From NCBI GenBank assembly GCA_965369865.1, contig CBDURU010000028.1, positions 1 to 32,439 on the forward strand: a stretch of DNA of 32,439 nt. Reading direction: 5' to 3'. The position numbers and the translations under genes are program-made. Below are positions 1 through 8,863 of the stretch, in pieces. The notes below the pieces were generated by a model that ran no database searches, was not told the DNA's origin, and worked only from the letters and a program-made list of their open reading frames with translations. Origin of the DNA: an uncultured bacterium. GTDB taxonomy: Bacteria > JAJVIF01 > JAPKYR01. The number at the start of each line of letters is the position of its first letter. Position 1 is the stretch's first letter.

Positions 1-114
1 TAACAGTCAGGTTAAAGGAACCGCCACTTTTTTCAACTAAATTCGGGACTATCTCAAAAGAGGTGTCCCCAATCTTAGCTTGTCGACGCCACGCGTTTAG
101 TGTCGTTAGTCGAT

Positions 115-137
115 GCCGACAGGAATGTCGGCGCACC
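115..137. repeat. REP-like hairpin GCCGACA-GGAA-TGTCGGC-GCACC
   Basis: Perfect 7-bp stem with a GGAA loop followed by GCAC. Same architecture as the hairpins at 8779-8863. Confidence 0.6.
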
Positions 138-166
138 TGAAAAAGGATTATAAAATGGGATTGGTA

Positions 167-1606
167 TTAATCATTGTTCAGAAGGTTGAGTTTTATAACG
201 TAAACGTCATCTGAATCATGCGACGTCAATATTTCTTCCCCACTCGTTGGGTCGGCGTCGATGCTTTCTTCGAAACTTCCGGTGATATAAATCCCGCCAT
301 GACCATCAAGCGCTACCGCTTTTCCCATTTCCTCCCTCGGTGAACCCCATGCCTTGATCCACCGGAAATTGCCGTCCCGATCGAAACTCTCAAGGAAAAC
401 ATCCCCCAACCTTCCCCACGGCTTTCGGAATCTGCGCGTACCGGGGTTAAAATCAACCCTGCCCCTGTAGACGCCGATAACATACGGGTTGCAGTTTTCA
501 TCGACCGTTACCCCGTGACAGAGATCGCCGCCCCAGCTTCGTACCCAGATGAGATCACCAGCCATGTCAAATTTCCAGAGGAAAGGATCGTGAAAGGCGG
601 TTGCCATCTCCGCATCCGGACCACCCTCGTTCCCGAAATCCCTGTCCTGCGTCCCCCCGGCAACGAAAATATTTCCATCCCTGTCGACAGCGATACCATT
701 CGCGTCGTCCGCGAAATCATATCCTACCGCTGTCGACCATCGATAATTCCCGTCGGGTGAAAACGAGGACAGGAAAATATCCCTGATACCGTTCATAGTG
801 TGTTCATCGGTTTCCGGACCCGGATCGAAATCGACCGTCCCGACAAACCGTCCGGTTACAAAGGCATTACTGGTGTCATCGACCGCTACTGCCGTGGCCC
901 AGTCATGATTTGTCGAGCCCCAGGTACGTGCCCAGATGTAATTTCCTTCCGTGTCAAATTTCGCGATGAACACATCGTACATACCGTTGGAAATGTGATC
1001 TTCGATACTTACAAGCCCGGGATCAAAATTCATGTTTCTATCAAATCCCCCTACAACATAAATCTCACCGGAATTTCCTACAGCCAGTCCAAGGCTGCCG
1101 ACGTAATACTCTCCGCCGAAGGTTTTTATCCAGACAAGTGCCCCGTTGGGATTGTATTTAACAAGGAAGGCATCGTCGCTCCCCCCGGAAGTATACTCCC
1201 TCGGTGAATCCGGATTTGATGAGAAATCGACTGTCTCGCTGAAAGAGCCGGTAATATAAATGTTGCCCTCACTGTCGAGAGCCATCCCGTTGGCGACCTC
1301 GTCACCCGGACCGCCCAGCGTTAAAGTCCATTTCAATTCGCCGGTGGAATCCCACTTAGAGAGAAACAGATCGAACCCGCCGTTTGAAAAGTTCAGTCCG
1401 GGGTAAACATCGCCTGTGTAACCACCTGAGACATAAACATCACCCGCATCGGACACAGCAATATTAGTCCCGATACTTCTCCCTTCCCCTCCCCAGCTAT
1501 CGGACCATTCATAGGAGACGTTCGGATCACTGCGAGAGCACGCGGAAACCAGTATCAGCAGCGATACCGTACAGCACAAAACGATTAATTTTCTAACCTC
1601 TGACAT
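167..1606 (-). CDS. SBBP-repeat (seven-bladed beta-propeller) lipoprotein
   Basis: Repeated units of the form 'AVDxxGNxYVTGxFxxTVDFDPG...DxFLxKFDxxGNxxWxxTWG'. Start moved from 1708 to the ATG at 1606 (MSEVRK), which has a GGAGGAG RBS and is followed by a hydrophobic stretch and a lipobox-like VSAC. Confidence 0.85.
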   Translation of the reverse strand: MSEVRKLIVLCCTVSLLILVSACSRSDPNVSYEWSDSWGGEGRSIGTNIAVSDAGDVYVSGGYTGDVYPGLNFSNGGFDLFLSKWDSTGELKWTLTLGGPGDEVANGMALDSEGNIYITGSFSETVDFSSNPDSPREYTSGGSDDAFLVKYNPNGALVWIKTFGGEYYVGSLGLAVGNSGEIYVVGGFDRNMNFDPGLVSIEDHISNGMYDVFIAKFDTEGNYIWARTWGSTNHDWATAVAVDDTSNAFVTGRFVGTVDFDPGPETDEHTMNGIRDIFLSSFSPDGNYRWSTAVGYDFADDANGIAVDRDGNIFVAGGTQDRDFGNEGGPDAEMATAFHDPFLWKFDMAGDLIWVRSWGGDLCHGVTVDENCNPYVIGVYRGRVDFNPGTRRFRKPWGRLGDVFLESFDRDGNFRWIKAWGSPREEMGKAVALDGHGGIYITGSFEESIDADPTSGEEILTSHDSDDVYVIKLNLLNND

Positions 1607-1696
1607 ACTCCTCCATCCGTGTTTAAATTCCACCCGGATATAATACACCAATCCGATTAAAAACCCTGTCGAGGGATTAGAAATACTTAGAAGACC

Positions 1697-1779
1697 GGGG
1701 ACAGGCACTCAAATTTACCGGGCACCTTTTGTAGAATTTTCAATGTCTCTATAACCGGTAAATTTGATTGCCAGTCCCC
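1697..1779. repeat. REPIN/MITE-like inverted repeat element 1 (GGGGAC[A/T]GGCA arms)
   Basis: Arms 1697-1721 and 1755-1779 are reverse complements at 23/25 positions, with a 33-bp spacer. Confidence 0.75.
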
Positions 1780-1937
1780 TGATTCGAACTATTCACCGTG
1801 CACTGGGTCGGCAACCAAGATTTTAATAGTCCGATATTTCAAATGACCCAACTTCCTGAACGTTAATACAGTAGATTGGTAATGAAATTCTTGAGTCCAA
1901 TGGTCGGTTTTAAAAAAGTGAAATTTATTTTTGTATA

Positions 1938-2018
1938 GGGGACTGGCAAACGATTTTGGTTCTGATAGTGATGAAGCTACCATAAATCTACGGGAACCAA
2001 AATCGGGTGCCTGTCCCC
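1938..2018. repeat. REPIN/MITE-like inverted repeat element 2 (GGGGAC[A/T]GGCA arms)
   Basis: Arms 1938-1962 and 1994-2018 are reverse complements at 22/25 positions, with a 31-bp spacer. Confidence 0.75.
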
Positions 2019-2050
2019 GGTATTGCCCATTTTTTCAGAGTAGAGTAATT

Positions 2051-3424
2051 TTAAATCGATAGAAATTCGGCCTTGCCTTCCGGATATCCGACGTACTTGA
2101 TCTTGTTGAAAACCATACCGCTGAGAAGTTTCGGAAAGTAATCGGTCGATTTCTGGGGCATTCGCTCTCCAGCATCCGCGACCAGTTTCACTTCTTCGGT
2201 TTTGGTTGGGTTTAAAATAAACAGCGCGTTACCTTGAGGATCGTCAGAAAGGTATTTCAGGCCATCCCCAACATGCCGGTGGTACTTAACATTGGTCTGT
2301 GCCGCAAGTTTATCCGCATCAATTCCGAGAATTGTGTCGAGAAGAATCGTATGGAGGATTGTCACATCCAGCGTACGCCAGGTTTTGCTTTTCATCGAGC
2401 CGTCTTCGTTCTTTGGCGCGAGATTATCCATTACGCCAACGTCTTTCAACGTGAGAAGACAGCAGTCCGGACCTTTAAAATGAACACCGATCGCGTGAAT
2501 GCCCTGTTCAGCTGCCTTTTTCACCGCCGAGGTAATATTCCTGTCGCCCGCCTTGCATGTATCGCAGGATTTTATCAGCTCGATATCGAAATACTTAGCT
2601 GTTTTACCCAGGAATTCATCCTTATTAAAATCCGGGACCGAATGAACGTACCTGTGTGTCGGCAGGACGATAAGTCCGGGATCATCCATACTGACAAGCG
2701 TCATGAGGCAATTTTCGGGAAGCTCGGTACCCTCCGCGATTGCGCCAAGCACATCGGCGGCATTCATGTAATTAACCGCGGTTTCCGTTCGATGGTGCCC
2801 GTCCGCGATAAACAGATCGTGCGGCTTAAGGAAATCCTGGACAGCTTTGATTTTCTCCTCATCGGCGATTGCCCAGAGTTTATGAGTACAGTCGAAGTCA
2901 TCATGCCCGACAGCAATCGGCTCCTCGCTCCCTGCAACCGAGTCGAGGACCTTGTTAACTACGCCTTCAGGGTCGGGATAAAGAATAAAAATATGCCCGG
3001 TGTGGCATCCGGTCTCACCCATGAGTTTTAAACGGTCGGCTTTCGGGCCATCGAGTGTTTTTTCATGCGCCTTGATGTTCGTATCACGAAGGTTGACAAG
3101 TACCGTCACACCTTTTCGCATACGCGTAACACCATCGATTGTATATTCCTGGTAGTAAGGATAAATTGAAGGCGTTTCATCGCGCTTGAGAATCCCCTCT
3201 TTAAACCATGAACCCAGGAAATTCCTCGCCCGGATGTACCGGTTATCCCGCGGGGCGTCAGGCTCGACCTCAGCCTGGATTATCCGGGTGAAGTTATACG
3301 GACTTCTCTCGTAATATTCCTTAATAAGGTCGCCCTTGATTTTATCGTAAGGCTGGGTGATCACCTTATCGAGATCGACCTTGCCGGTGTAGCGAATTCC
3401 CCTGAATGGGAAAATTTTTGTCAT
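2051..3424 (-). CDS. DUF1015 family protein
   Basis: N-terminal 'IFPFRGIRY...PYD', 'AHEKTLDGPKADRLKLM', 'FIADGHHR' and C-terminal 'MPQKSTDYFPKLLSG' are typical of DUF1015. The ATG at 3424 follows a GAGGT RBS. It is the third gene of the operon. Confidence 0.85.
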   Translation of the reverse strand: MTKIFPFRGIRYTGKVDLDKVITQPYDKIKGDLIKEYYERSPYNFTRIIQAEVEPDAPRDNRYIRARNFLGSWFKEGILKRDETPSIYPYYQEYTIDGVTRMRKGVTVLVNLRDTNIKAHEKTLDGPKADRLKLMGETGCHTGHIFILYPDPEGVVNKVLDSVAGSEEPIAVGHDDFDCTHKLWAIADEEKIKAVQDFLKPHDLFIADGHHRTETAVNYMNAADVLGAIAEGTELPENCLMTLVSMDDPGLIVLPTHRYVHSVPDFNKDEFLGKTAKYFDIELIKSCDTCKAGDRNITSAVKKAAEQGIHAIGVHFKGPDCCLLTLKDVGVMDNLAPKNEDGSMKSKTWRTLDVTILHTILLDTILGIDADKLAAQTNVKYHRHVGDGLKYLSDDPQGNALFILNPTKTEEVKLVADAGERMPQKSTDYFPKLLSGMVFNKIKYVGYPEGKAEFLSI

Positions 3425-3451
3425 TAGGCTGAACCTCTGTAAATTCAAACC

Positions 3452-4393
3452 TTACAAGAGTGCACTCTTCAGTTCCTCGATCACAGCCCCGCCGACCTTC
3501 TTACCGGCTTCTGTAGTCGAAGCTCCTATGTGTGGAGTAAGAACAACCCTTGGATGCGCGATAAGGGGATTCGCGGCATCTTTCATGGGTTCGGTCGCGA
3601 AGCAGTCAAGCCCGGCTGAGTAAACAGTTCCATCGTTGAGCGCACCCAGAAGTGCATTCTCATCGATCGTGCCGCCGCGCGCGCAGTTCACAATAACGGC
3701 TCCCTTTTTCATTTTCCCAAACTGTTCCGGGCCAATGGTCGCGCCGATTTCGGGATCGAACGGAATATGAAGCGTGATGAAATCCGCCTGCCCAAGAAGT
3801 TCATCAAGAGTAACCATCGGGACATTTTCCATCGGGGCTTTCCCTGGTTTGTAAAGTTCATCCCAGAGATCATAGGCGATACAATTCATATCAAAAGCCA
3901 TCGCACGCTTTGCGATCGCCTGCCCGATCCTTCCGATCCCGATTATCCCGAGCGTTTTTCCGGCAAGTTCGATACCTTTAAGTTCCTTCTTAATCCATTC
4001 ACCGTTTTTCATCGAAACAGTACCAAGCCCGATGTGCCGCGCGCACGCGATCATCATTCCGAATGCCATTTCGGCGACACTAAGGGTCGATGCGGTTGGG
4101 GTATTCCGGGTTTCGATGCCCCTGGTTTTGGCGTATTCATGGTCGATATTGTCGATTCCAACACCACCGCGGACGATGACTTTCAAATTCCCGGCTTCGG
4201 CGGCGGCATCGATCGCCGGCTCGCGGACCTTGGTGGCGGAACGGACAACGATTCCATTATAGGCTCCGATTGTCCCGGCAAGTTCTTCCGGGCTTTGGCC
4301 GATCCTGACATCGACATCGAAATAATTCTTCATTTCCTCGACAGCCGAATCGGCCATCTGGTCGCAGACCATTACTTTGGGTTTATCTGACAT
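3452..4393 (-). CDS. serA: D-3-phosphoglycerate dehydrogenase / D-2-hydroxyacid dehydrogenase (short form, no ACT domain)
   Basis: Motifs VRSATKV, RGGVGIDNID, NAD-binding GIGRIG, VNCARGG, and TPHIGASTTEA. The RBS is strong. Confidence 0.85.
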   Translation of the reverse strand: MSDKPKVMVCDQMADSAVEEMKNYFDVDVRIGQSPEELAGTIGAYNGIVVRSATKVREPAIDAAAEAGNLKVIVRGGVGIDNIDHEYAKTRGIETRNTPTASTLSVAEMAFGMMIACARHIGLGTVSMKNGEWIKKELKGIELAGKTLGIIGIGRIGQAIAKRAMAFDMNCIAYDLWDELYKPGKAPMENVPMVTLDELLGQADFITLHIPFDPEIGATIGPEQFGKMKKGAVIVNCARGGTIDENALLGALNDGTVYSAGLDCFATEPMKDAANPLIAHPRVVLTPHIGASTTEAGKKVGGAVIEELKSALL

Positions 4394-4422
4394 CTCTCCT
4401 TCTCCTTAAACAATTTAACAAT

Positions 4423-5505
4423 TTAAAAACCGAGAATCCGGTCGATAACTCCCAGGAGTCCCAGGATATCAATCAACGTGGTATCAGCCATGTGAGCGAT
4501 ACGGAACGTCTTTTCCTTAAGGTCGCCGTACCCGTTTGAGATCATCGCGTGGTACTTGCGAAGATCCTCGTTAAGCTGCTTGACATTAATTTTCACCGTG
4601 CGGTTATCAATACAGGTCAGGGTTATACTCGCGTATTTTCGTTCTTCAGCGAAAAGGCTGAAACCCCGCTCGATGGCCCAATCCTGGACAGCCTCCGCCA
4701 TTTCAGCATGTCTCGCGAACCGATTTTCGAGTCCTTCTTCGTTGATGATGTAATCGAGCTGTGTGTTCAGGCCAAATAAATGCGGGATCGCGGGAGTGGT
4801 CGGGGTATTCGATTTCTGGTGGCTCTTCAGGAAAACCTGGAAATCGAAATAATAGCCCTTGGCTTTTGCGTCCTTGCTTTTTTCCAGGGCTTTTTCACTG
4901 ACCGCGCAGACAGTCAGCCCCGATGGCAGGCCGAAACATTTCTGCATACCGGCAATAAGGGCATCCACTCCGAGCTTTTCAAACTCGATTTTCATTCCGG
5001 CCATAGCCGAGACGGCGTCGACGCAAACTGAAACGTCAGGATAATTCTTCCAGACTTCGGAGAGTTCCTCTATCAACCCAAGAACACCGGTAGACGTCTC
5101 GTTCAGGACGAAAGTCATGCAGTCGTAATCGCCGGTTGATAAGCGATCCTCGACCATATCAGGCTTGATCGCTTTACCCCATTCAACCTCGTGGAGGTCG
5201 CAGTCGATCCCGTTGGCTTTTGTAACAGAATGCCATTTTTTTGAAAATGCGCCGTTTGCGAAATTGATGCATTTCTTATGGCACAGGTTACGGACGGAGC
5301 CTTCCATAACACCGAACGCGGATGAAGTGACTGTGAATACCGGTCCTGAGGTGTAGAGAAGTTTCTGCAGATTAGGCTGGATCTGGTCGTAAAGCTTTTT
5401 GAATTCCTCGGTGCGATGGCCGATTTGAGGAGTGGCCATCGCGATGAGATTTTCCGTGCGGACTTCAGAGGGTCCTGGGATAAAAAGTCGTCGATGATTC
5501 GTCAT
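4423..5505 (-). CDS. Class V PLP-dependent aminotransferase (alanine/serine-glyoxylate family; likely phosphoserine aminotransferase role)
   Basis: Motifs LFIPGPS, NETSTGV, VDAVSA, PLP-lysine region AGMQKCFGLPSGL, TPTTP and FRIAHM. GGGAGG RBS. Lies directly upstream of serA. Confidence 0.88.
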   Translation of the reverse strand: MTNHRRLFIPGPSEVRTENLIAMATPQIGHRTEEFKKLYDQIQPNLQKLLYTSGPVFTVTSSAFGVMEGSVRNLCHKKCINFANGAFSKKWHSVTKANGIDCDLHEVEWGKAIKPDMVEDRLSTGDYDCMTFVLNETSTGVLGLIEELSEVWKNYPDVSVCVDAVSAMAGMKIEFEKLGVDALIAGMQKCFGLPSGLTVCAVSEKALEKSKDAKAKGYYFDFQVFLKSHQKSNTPTTPAIPHLFGLNTQLDYIINEEGLENRFARHAEMAEAVQDWAIERGFSLFAEERKYASITLTCIDNRTVKINVKQLNEDLRKYHAMISNGYGDLKEKTFRIAHMADTTLIDILGLLGVIDRILGF

Positions 5506-5781
5506 TTAATTTTCCTCCCGTGGAGGTAATTGATATCGGTTAGATGTTCACATAGAAAAGGGCGAAAACGATAACAGATGAATGGGGGAAAATACAACCG
5601 TTTAGGGCAGGAATTCACCTGAAATTCTTCTTTTACACAGAAAAATATTTGTGGATGAATGATATTCTCCAATCCAGCTTAACATAGGCAAATCAGGTAA
5701 AATTATTCATCCAGAATATTGATTCATTTACAAACATTTAAAAATTAAATTAAATTCAATCTGGTTGATGTCCAGTTCATG

Positions 5782-5790
5782 TGATACAAT
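5782..5790 (+). promoter_or_regulatory. Putative extended -10 promoter (TGaTACAAT)
   Basis: TG-N-TACAAT at the end of an AT-rich divergent intergenic region, upstream of the 5975 ORF. Confidence 0.35.
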
Positions 5791-5974
5791 TTAAGACAAT
5801 CAGGACCTTTTGAAAGAGGAGCAACTGGAATTTCCTCAACGGATTGATGTAATTAACCGCTTGGGATGGACTCCGGATATTTCTGGTGTCCCTACAGCAA
5901 AGTTGGCGCGATAGACGGTTTGGACCATTTAGGGTGGTGATTTATAATTTTCTCTGTTAGAGGAGGAAGCTAAA

Positions 5975-6205
5975 ATGCGTGCGCCGGCTCAAATGCGCAA
6001 TGAGATGGAAAACGGAAGGTCGGATCGTATCCAGGAACTCAAGTACTGGCTCAACCTGAAAGGGAAGTATCCAAAGTTGCTTGAGGAACTCGAAAAAGCC
6101 AGCGGTGAAGAGGGGAAAATCCCGAAAATATTGCGTTCGGAAATCCAGGAGAAAGACCTGGGTTGGATTATTGGTATGATCGGCCCGATGGATAATGTAT
6201 CGTAA
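5975..6205 (+). CDS. Small hypothetical protein (76 aa)
   Basis: Strong RBS (AGAGGAGG) before the ATG, intergenic position, and a charged, helical-looking sequence. No family recognised. Confidence 0.65.
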   Translation: MRAPAQMRNEMENGRSDRIQELKYWLNLKGKYPKLLEELEKASGEEGKIPKILRSEIQEKDLGWIIGMIGPMDNVS

Positions 6206-6336
6206 ATCTATCGGTGGCGCTTACCTGTTTTTAATTTCTTGTCCGTGCCTGCAGAGTGTTGTAGAGGAGGCGGTAAAACTCTGAAAAACCTTGAGGAGAG
6301 TGTGATGAGGGGCATGGACAAGGGAAAACCATACAC

Positions 6337-6361
6337 ACCCCCGGTTATCAACGCCGGGGGT
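6337..6361. terminator. GC-rich hairpin (ACCCCCGG...CCGGGGGT), possible terminator between convergent genes
   Basis: 8-bp inverted repeat. The U-tract is weak. Confidence 0.35.
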
Positions 6362-6380
6362 ACTTAGATCAATTCAACAA

Positions 6381-6497
6381 AAAAACTGATTGGGTATATT
6401 TAGAATTGATTTACGTCGACAAGCACGTTCGACACGGAGAATATTCAGGCTTGCGGGATGGAGATGTCTCACTCAGCGTGTCGACGCCACGCGTTTA
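6381..6497. repeat. Dispersed ~115-bp intergenic repeat element (copy A)
   Basis: Its reverse complement matches 31459-31531 (56/73, ungapped) and 31704-31744 (38/41). Segment 6479-6497 is identical to 81-99. It is flanked by CCGGGGGTA at 6354-6362 and 6503-6511. Confidence 0.75.
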
Positions 6498-6526
6498 AGG
6501 CACCGGGGGTATTTTTCAGGCATGTT

Positions 6527-8539
6527 TCAGAGGGAGGGTATCAAAAATTCCCAATCCCCATTCTCCTGTTTCCTGAAAGTGAAGTCGATCCCGCCAATGC
6601 CTGCAACGATATTGTCACTCTCTACAATAAAACCGTCCAGATTGTAATCCGAAATACTATAATCCGGTAGGAACACGGTTATGGTTTCACTCCCCTGGTT
6701 GGCAACACCTGGTTGCGATGCTGGTACTAATGTTAAATAGGCTGGAGTTTTGCCTTGATCAACGGTTCCTGGTCCATTAAAAAAAATCTCCCGGTTCGTA
6801 AATACCCCCAGATCACCAGAAGTACCCGTTGCCTCAATCCGAATAAATTTCCGGCCTGTATCGGTTATATTCCCATAGGTTGTAAGATTGAACGCCCCGG
6901 CATGGCTGGTTTCATCGAGAATAATGACTAATCCATGGGCGATCTCATCGGACGGTTTCCACCATACGAAATGACGTTGCCAGTTTACTTCCCCATACGC
7001 AGGATAAGCGCCATTGAGATTCATAGTGAAACTTGTGTGCGCAGGTGAATCGGTCCAGTTTTCAATCGCGGCATCTTCCTGCCTGTGTTCGGCATTTTCT
7101 GAATACATCGTAAACCCATCCCAGAGGTCGTCATTCTGTTCCGGAATCAATACGTTGTGCCCAAAGGGTCCGCCATAGAAACTGTTCACTTCAGGATTTT
7201 TCCGTTCCTCGAAATCCCCACGTCCAGGGTCTGATATAAATGTCTCCCCGCCAAACGCCAGGATGAATGTCCCCTGATCGATGTGGTTATGATCCCAGCC
7301 GCCGTAGCCAGCCTTCGCAGCCAGGAAAAATCCATCCGGGTTCGTCCAGTCCTCTCGAAGCATGGTCCATTCAATTCCAGGAAAATACTGGCACGGTTCG
7401 GGTTCCTCAAATTCCCCAAGCGGCAGGTCCGGATCGAATTCAAGCATGCAGTTTACGAGGATCGCATCGAGGATTATCCGTGGGTAATCGGGATCGGGCA
7501 TATATTGTTCGAGGTAAGAATCGAGAAATGGTGAATCGAAAAATGGTTTCGCACGCCAGATATATGAAAATGCCCCTCTCGGATCATTGATATTGTCACC
7601 GAAATTCACCTGCTCGGTCCCGGATGGAAGAATCCCGGCAAGCGCGAATTTGACACTTGTTTTGTACCAGTCCTCCTCGAGACGATTTGGACCGTTATTA
7701 ACCCTCAGGGCATTCAGGAAAAGGAACGCATGCTGTCCCCAGCAGAAATCGAGATAGGTCAACCCTTCAATCCAACCGCCATCGCTTTCAAGTAGTTCAA
7801 TTGACGATTCCAACCCGTCGTACGCGAATGCCACGGCACTCTCCCATCGAGGGTACGCATCGCCCAGACACAATGCGAGAATCCCAACCGCCGAATGGTG
7901 CGCGACATAATAATTGGAATGCGGAGCTTCAAACCAGAACGGTATCCGTGGGTTTCCCCGGATATGCCAGATAAGGCCGTCAAGAACTTCGGACAGGCGA
8001 TCTTCAATCACCGCTTTTTCACCGGGTGAAAGTGAATCGAAAATCAGGTCGTAACAAAGCCCGACAGTATATGCCAACTCGATCTTGTAAAAATTCGCGC
8101 TCTCAGAATGCCGCTGCCATGGCGGGAACCTGCACTCGTTCAGGATCATATCCTTCGCCGCGTCGAGGTATTTCTCATCACCGGAAATTCTCCACGCAAG
8201 AGCGAAATACCCTGGGTAGACAGTATCTCCCTGTATTGGATCGATAAGGTACTCCTCGTAAAACCGTTCGGCTACTGTCATCAGGAGCTTGAATTTAGAG
8301 GATTCGGGATTAACGGTTAAGATTTCAATGGCATCGATCGACGACACAAGCCTCGGGTGCTCGAGAAGTTCCACTTCTACCGGCTGGGAAGGAGGGATAG
8401 CAACTATGGCAGGCGGCGACCAGGTCGTGAGGTATCTCAGGACCACTGTTATCAGCCCGATAACCACCGCGATAGTAACGCAAGCTCCAAGAAGAACCCG
8501 AAGCCATTTATAACGCTGGCTGTCAGAATCAAAAGTCAT
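6527..8539 (-). CDS. Heparinase II/III-like polysaccharide lyase with N-terminal membrane anchor
   Basis: Motifs DGGWIEGLTY, NFGD, LREDW and HNHIDQGTFILAFGGETFISDPG...GHNVL. N-terminal transmembrane helix. Confidence 0.8.
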   Translation of the reverse strand: MTFDSDSQRYKWLRVLLGACVTIAVVIGLITVVLRYLTTWSPPAIVAIPPSQPVEVELLEHPRLVSSIDAIEILTVNPESSKFKLLMTVAERFYEEYLIDPIQGDTVYPGYFALAWRISGDEKYLDAAKDMILNECRFPPWQRHSESANFYKIELAYTVGLCYDLIFDSLSPGEKAVIEDRLSEVLDGLIWHIRGNPRIPFWFEAPHSNYYVAHHSAVGILALCLGDAYPRWESAVAFAYDGLESSIELLESDGGWIEGLTYLDFCWGQHAFLFLNALRVNNGPNRLEEDWYKTSVKFALAGILPSGTEQVNFGDNINDPRGAFSYIWRAKPFFDSPFLDSYLEQYMPDPDYPRIILDAILVNCMLEFDPDLPLGEFEEPEPCQYFPGIEWTMLREDWTNPDGFFLAAKAGYGGWDHNHIDQGTFILAFGGETFISDPGRGDFEERKNPEVNSFYGGPFGHNVLIPEQNDDLWDGFTMYSENAEHRQEDAAIENWTDSPAHTSFTMNLNGAYPAYGEVNWQRHFVWWKPSDEIAHGLVIILDETSHAGAFNLTTYGNITDTGRKFIRIEATGTSGDLGVFTNREIFFNGPGTVDQGKTPAYLTLVPASQPGVANQGSETITVFLPDYSISDYNLDGFIVESDNIVAGIGGIDFTFRKQENGDWEFLIPSL

Positions 8540-8545
8540 GGTGTA

Positions 8546-8573
8546 ATTATACAGGAAGGAATCCCGGCTTCAA
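8546..8573 (-). promoter_or_regulatory. Sigma70-like promoter TTGAAG-N16-TATAAT, 6 nt upstream of the ATG (leaderless-type)
   Basis: Read on the minus strand. No Shine-Dalgarno sequence before the ATG at 8539. Confidence 0.55.
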
Positions 8574-8778
8574 TCTATTTGCAGGAGGGATCGCCAGATC
8601 GGAGCTCATCTCTCAATATGCATAAATACTCACTGCTGTCCAAGATAATCTGATTTTTGGACAAGGTTAGCCCATAGGATAAGGCATTCGGACGGGCAGA
8701 TCACATTTTATGGGTAGAGTTCTGCACGAATGGCTGGTTTTTCGTTGGAAGTTGGAAGCGATTGTCATATGAAAAACT

Positions 8779-8863
8779 CGACCGCAGGATGCGGTCGGCA
8801 CTTGCTATCCGATAGCTGGAAGCTAACGGCACTTGTTATCCGATAGCTGGAAGCTAACGGCAC
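8779..8863. repeat. Array of three REP-like hairpins with 31-bp period
   Basis: Hairpins start at 8779, 8810 and 8841, each an 8-bp stem, GGA loop and GCAC tail. Segments 8796-8826 and 8827-8857 are a 30/31 tandem repeat. Confidence 0.8.

Noticed and set aside
5506..5700. Glycine riboswitch or T-box upstream of the serine operon
   Set aside because: No recognisable conserved aptamer or T-box motif on the minus strand.
8796..8863. 31-bp repeats as a CRISPR array
   Set aside because: The units are directly tandem with no unique spacers, there are only ~2.2 copies, and no cas genes are present.
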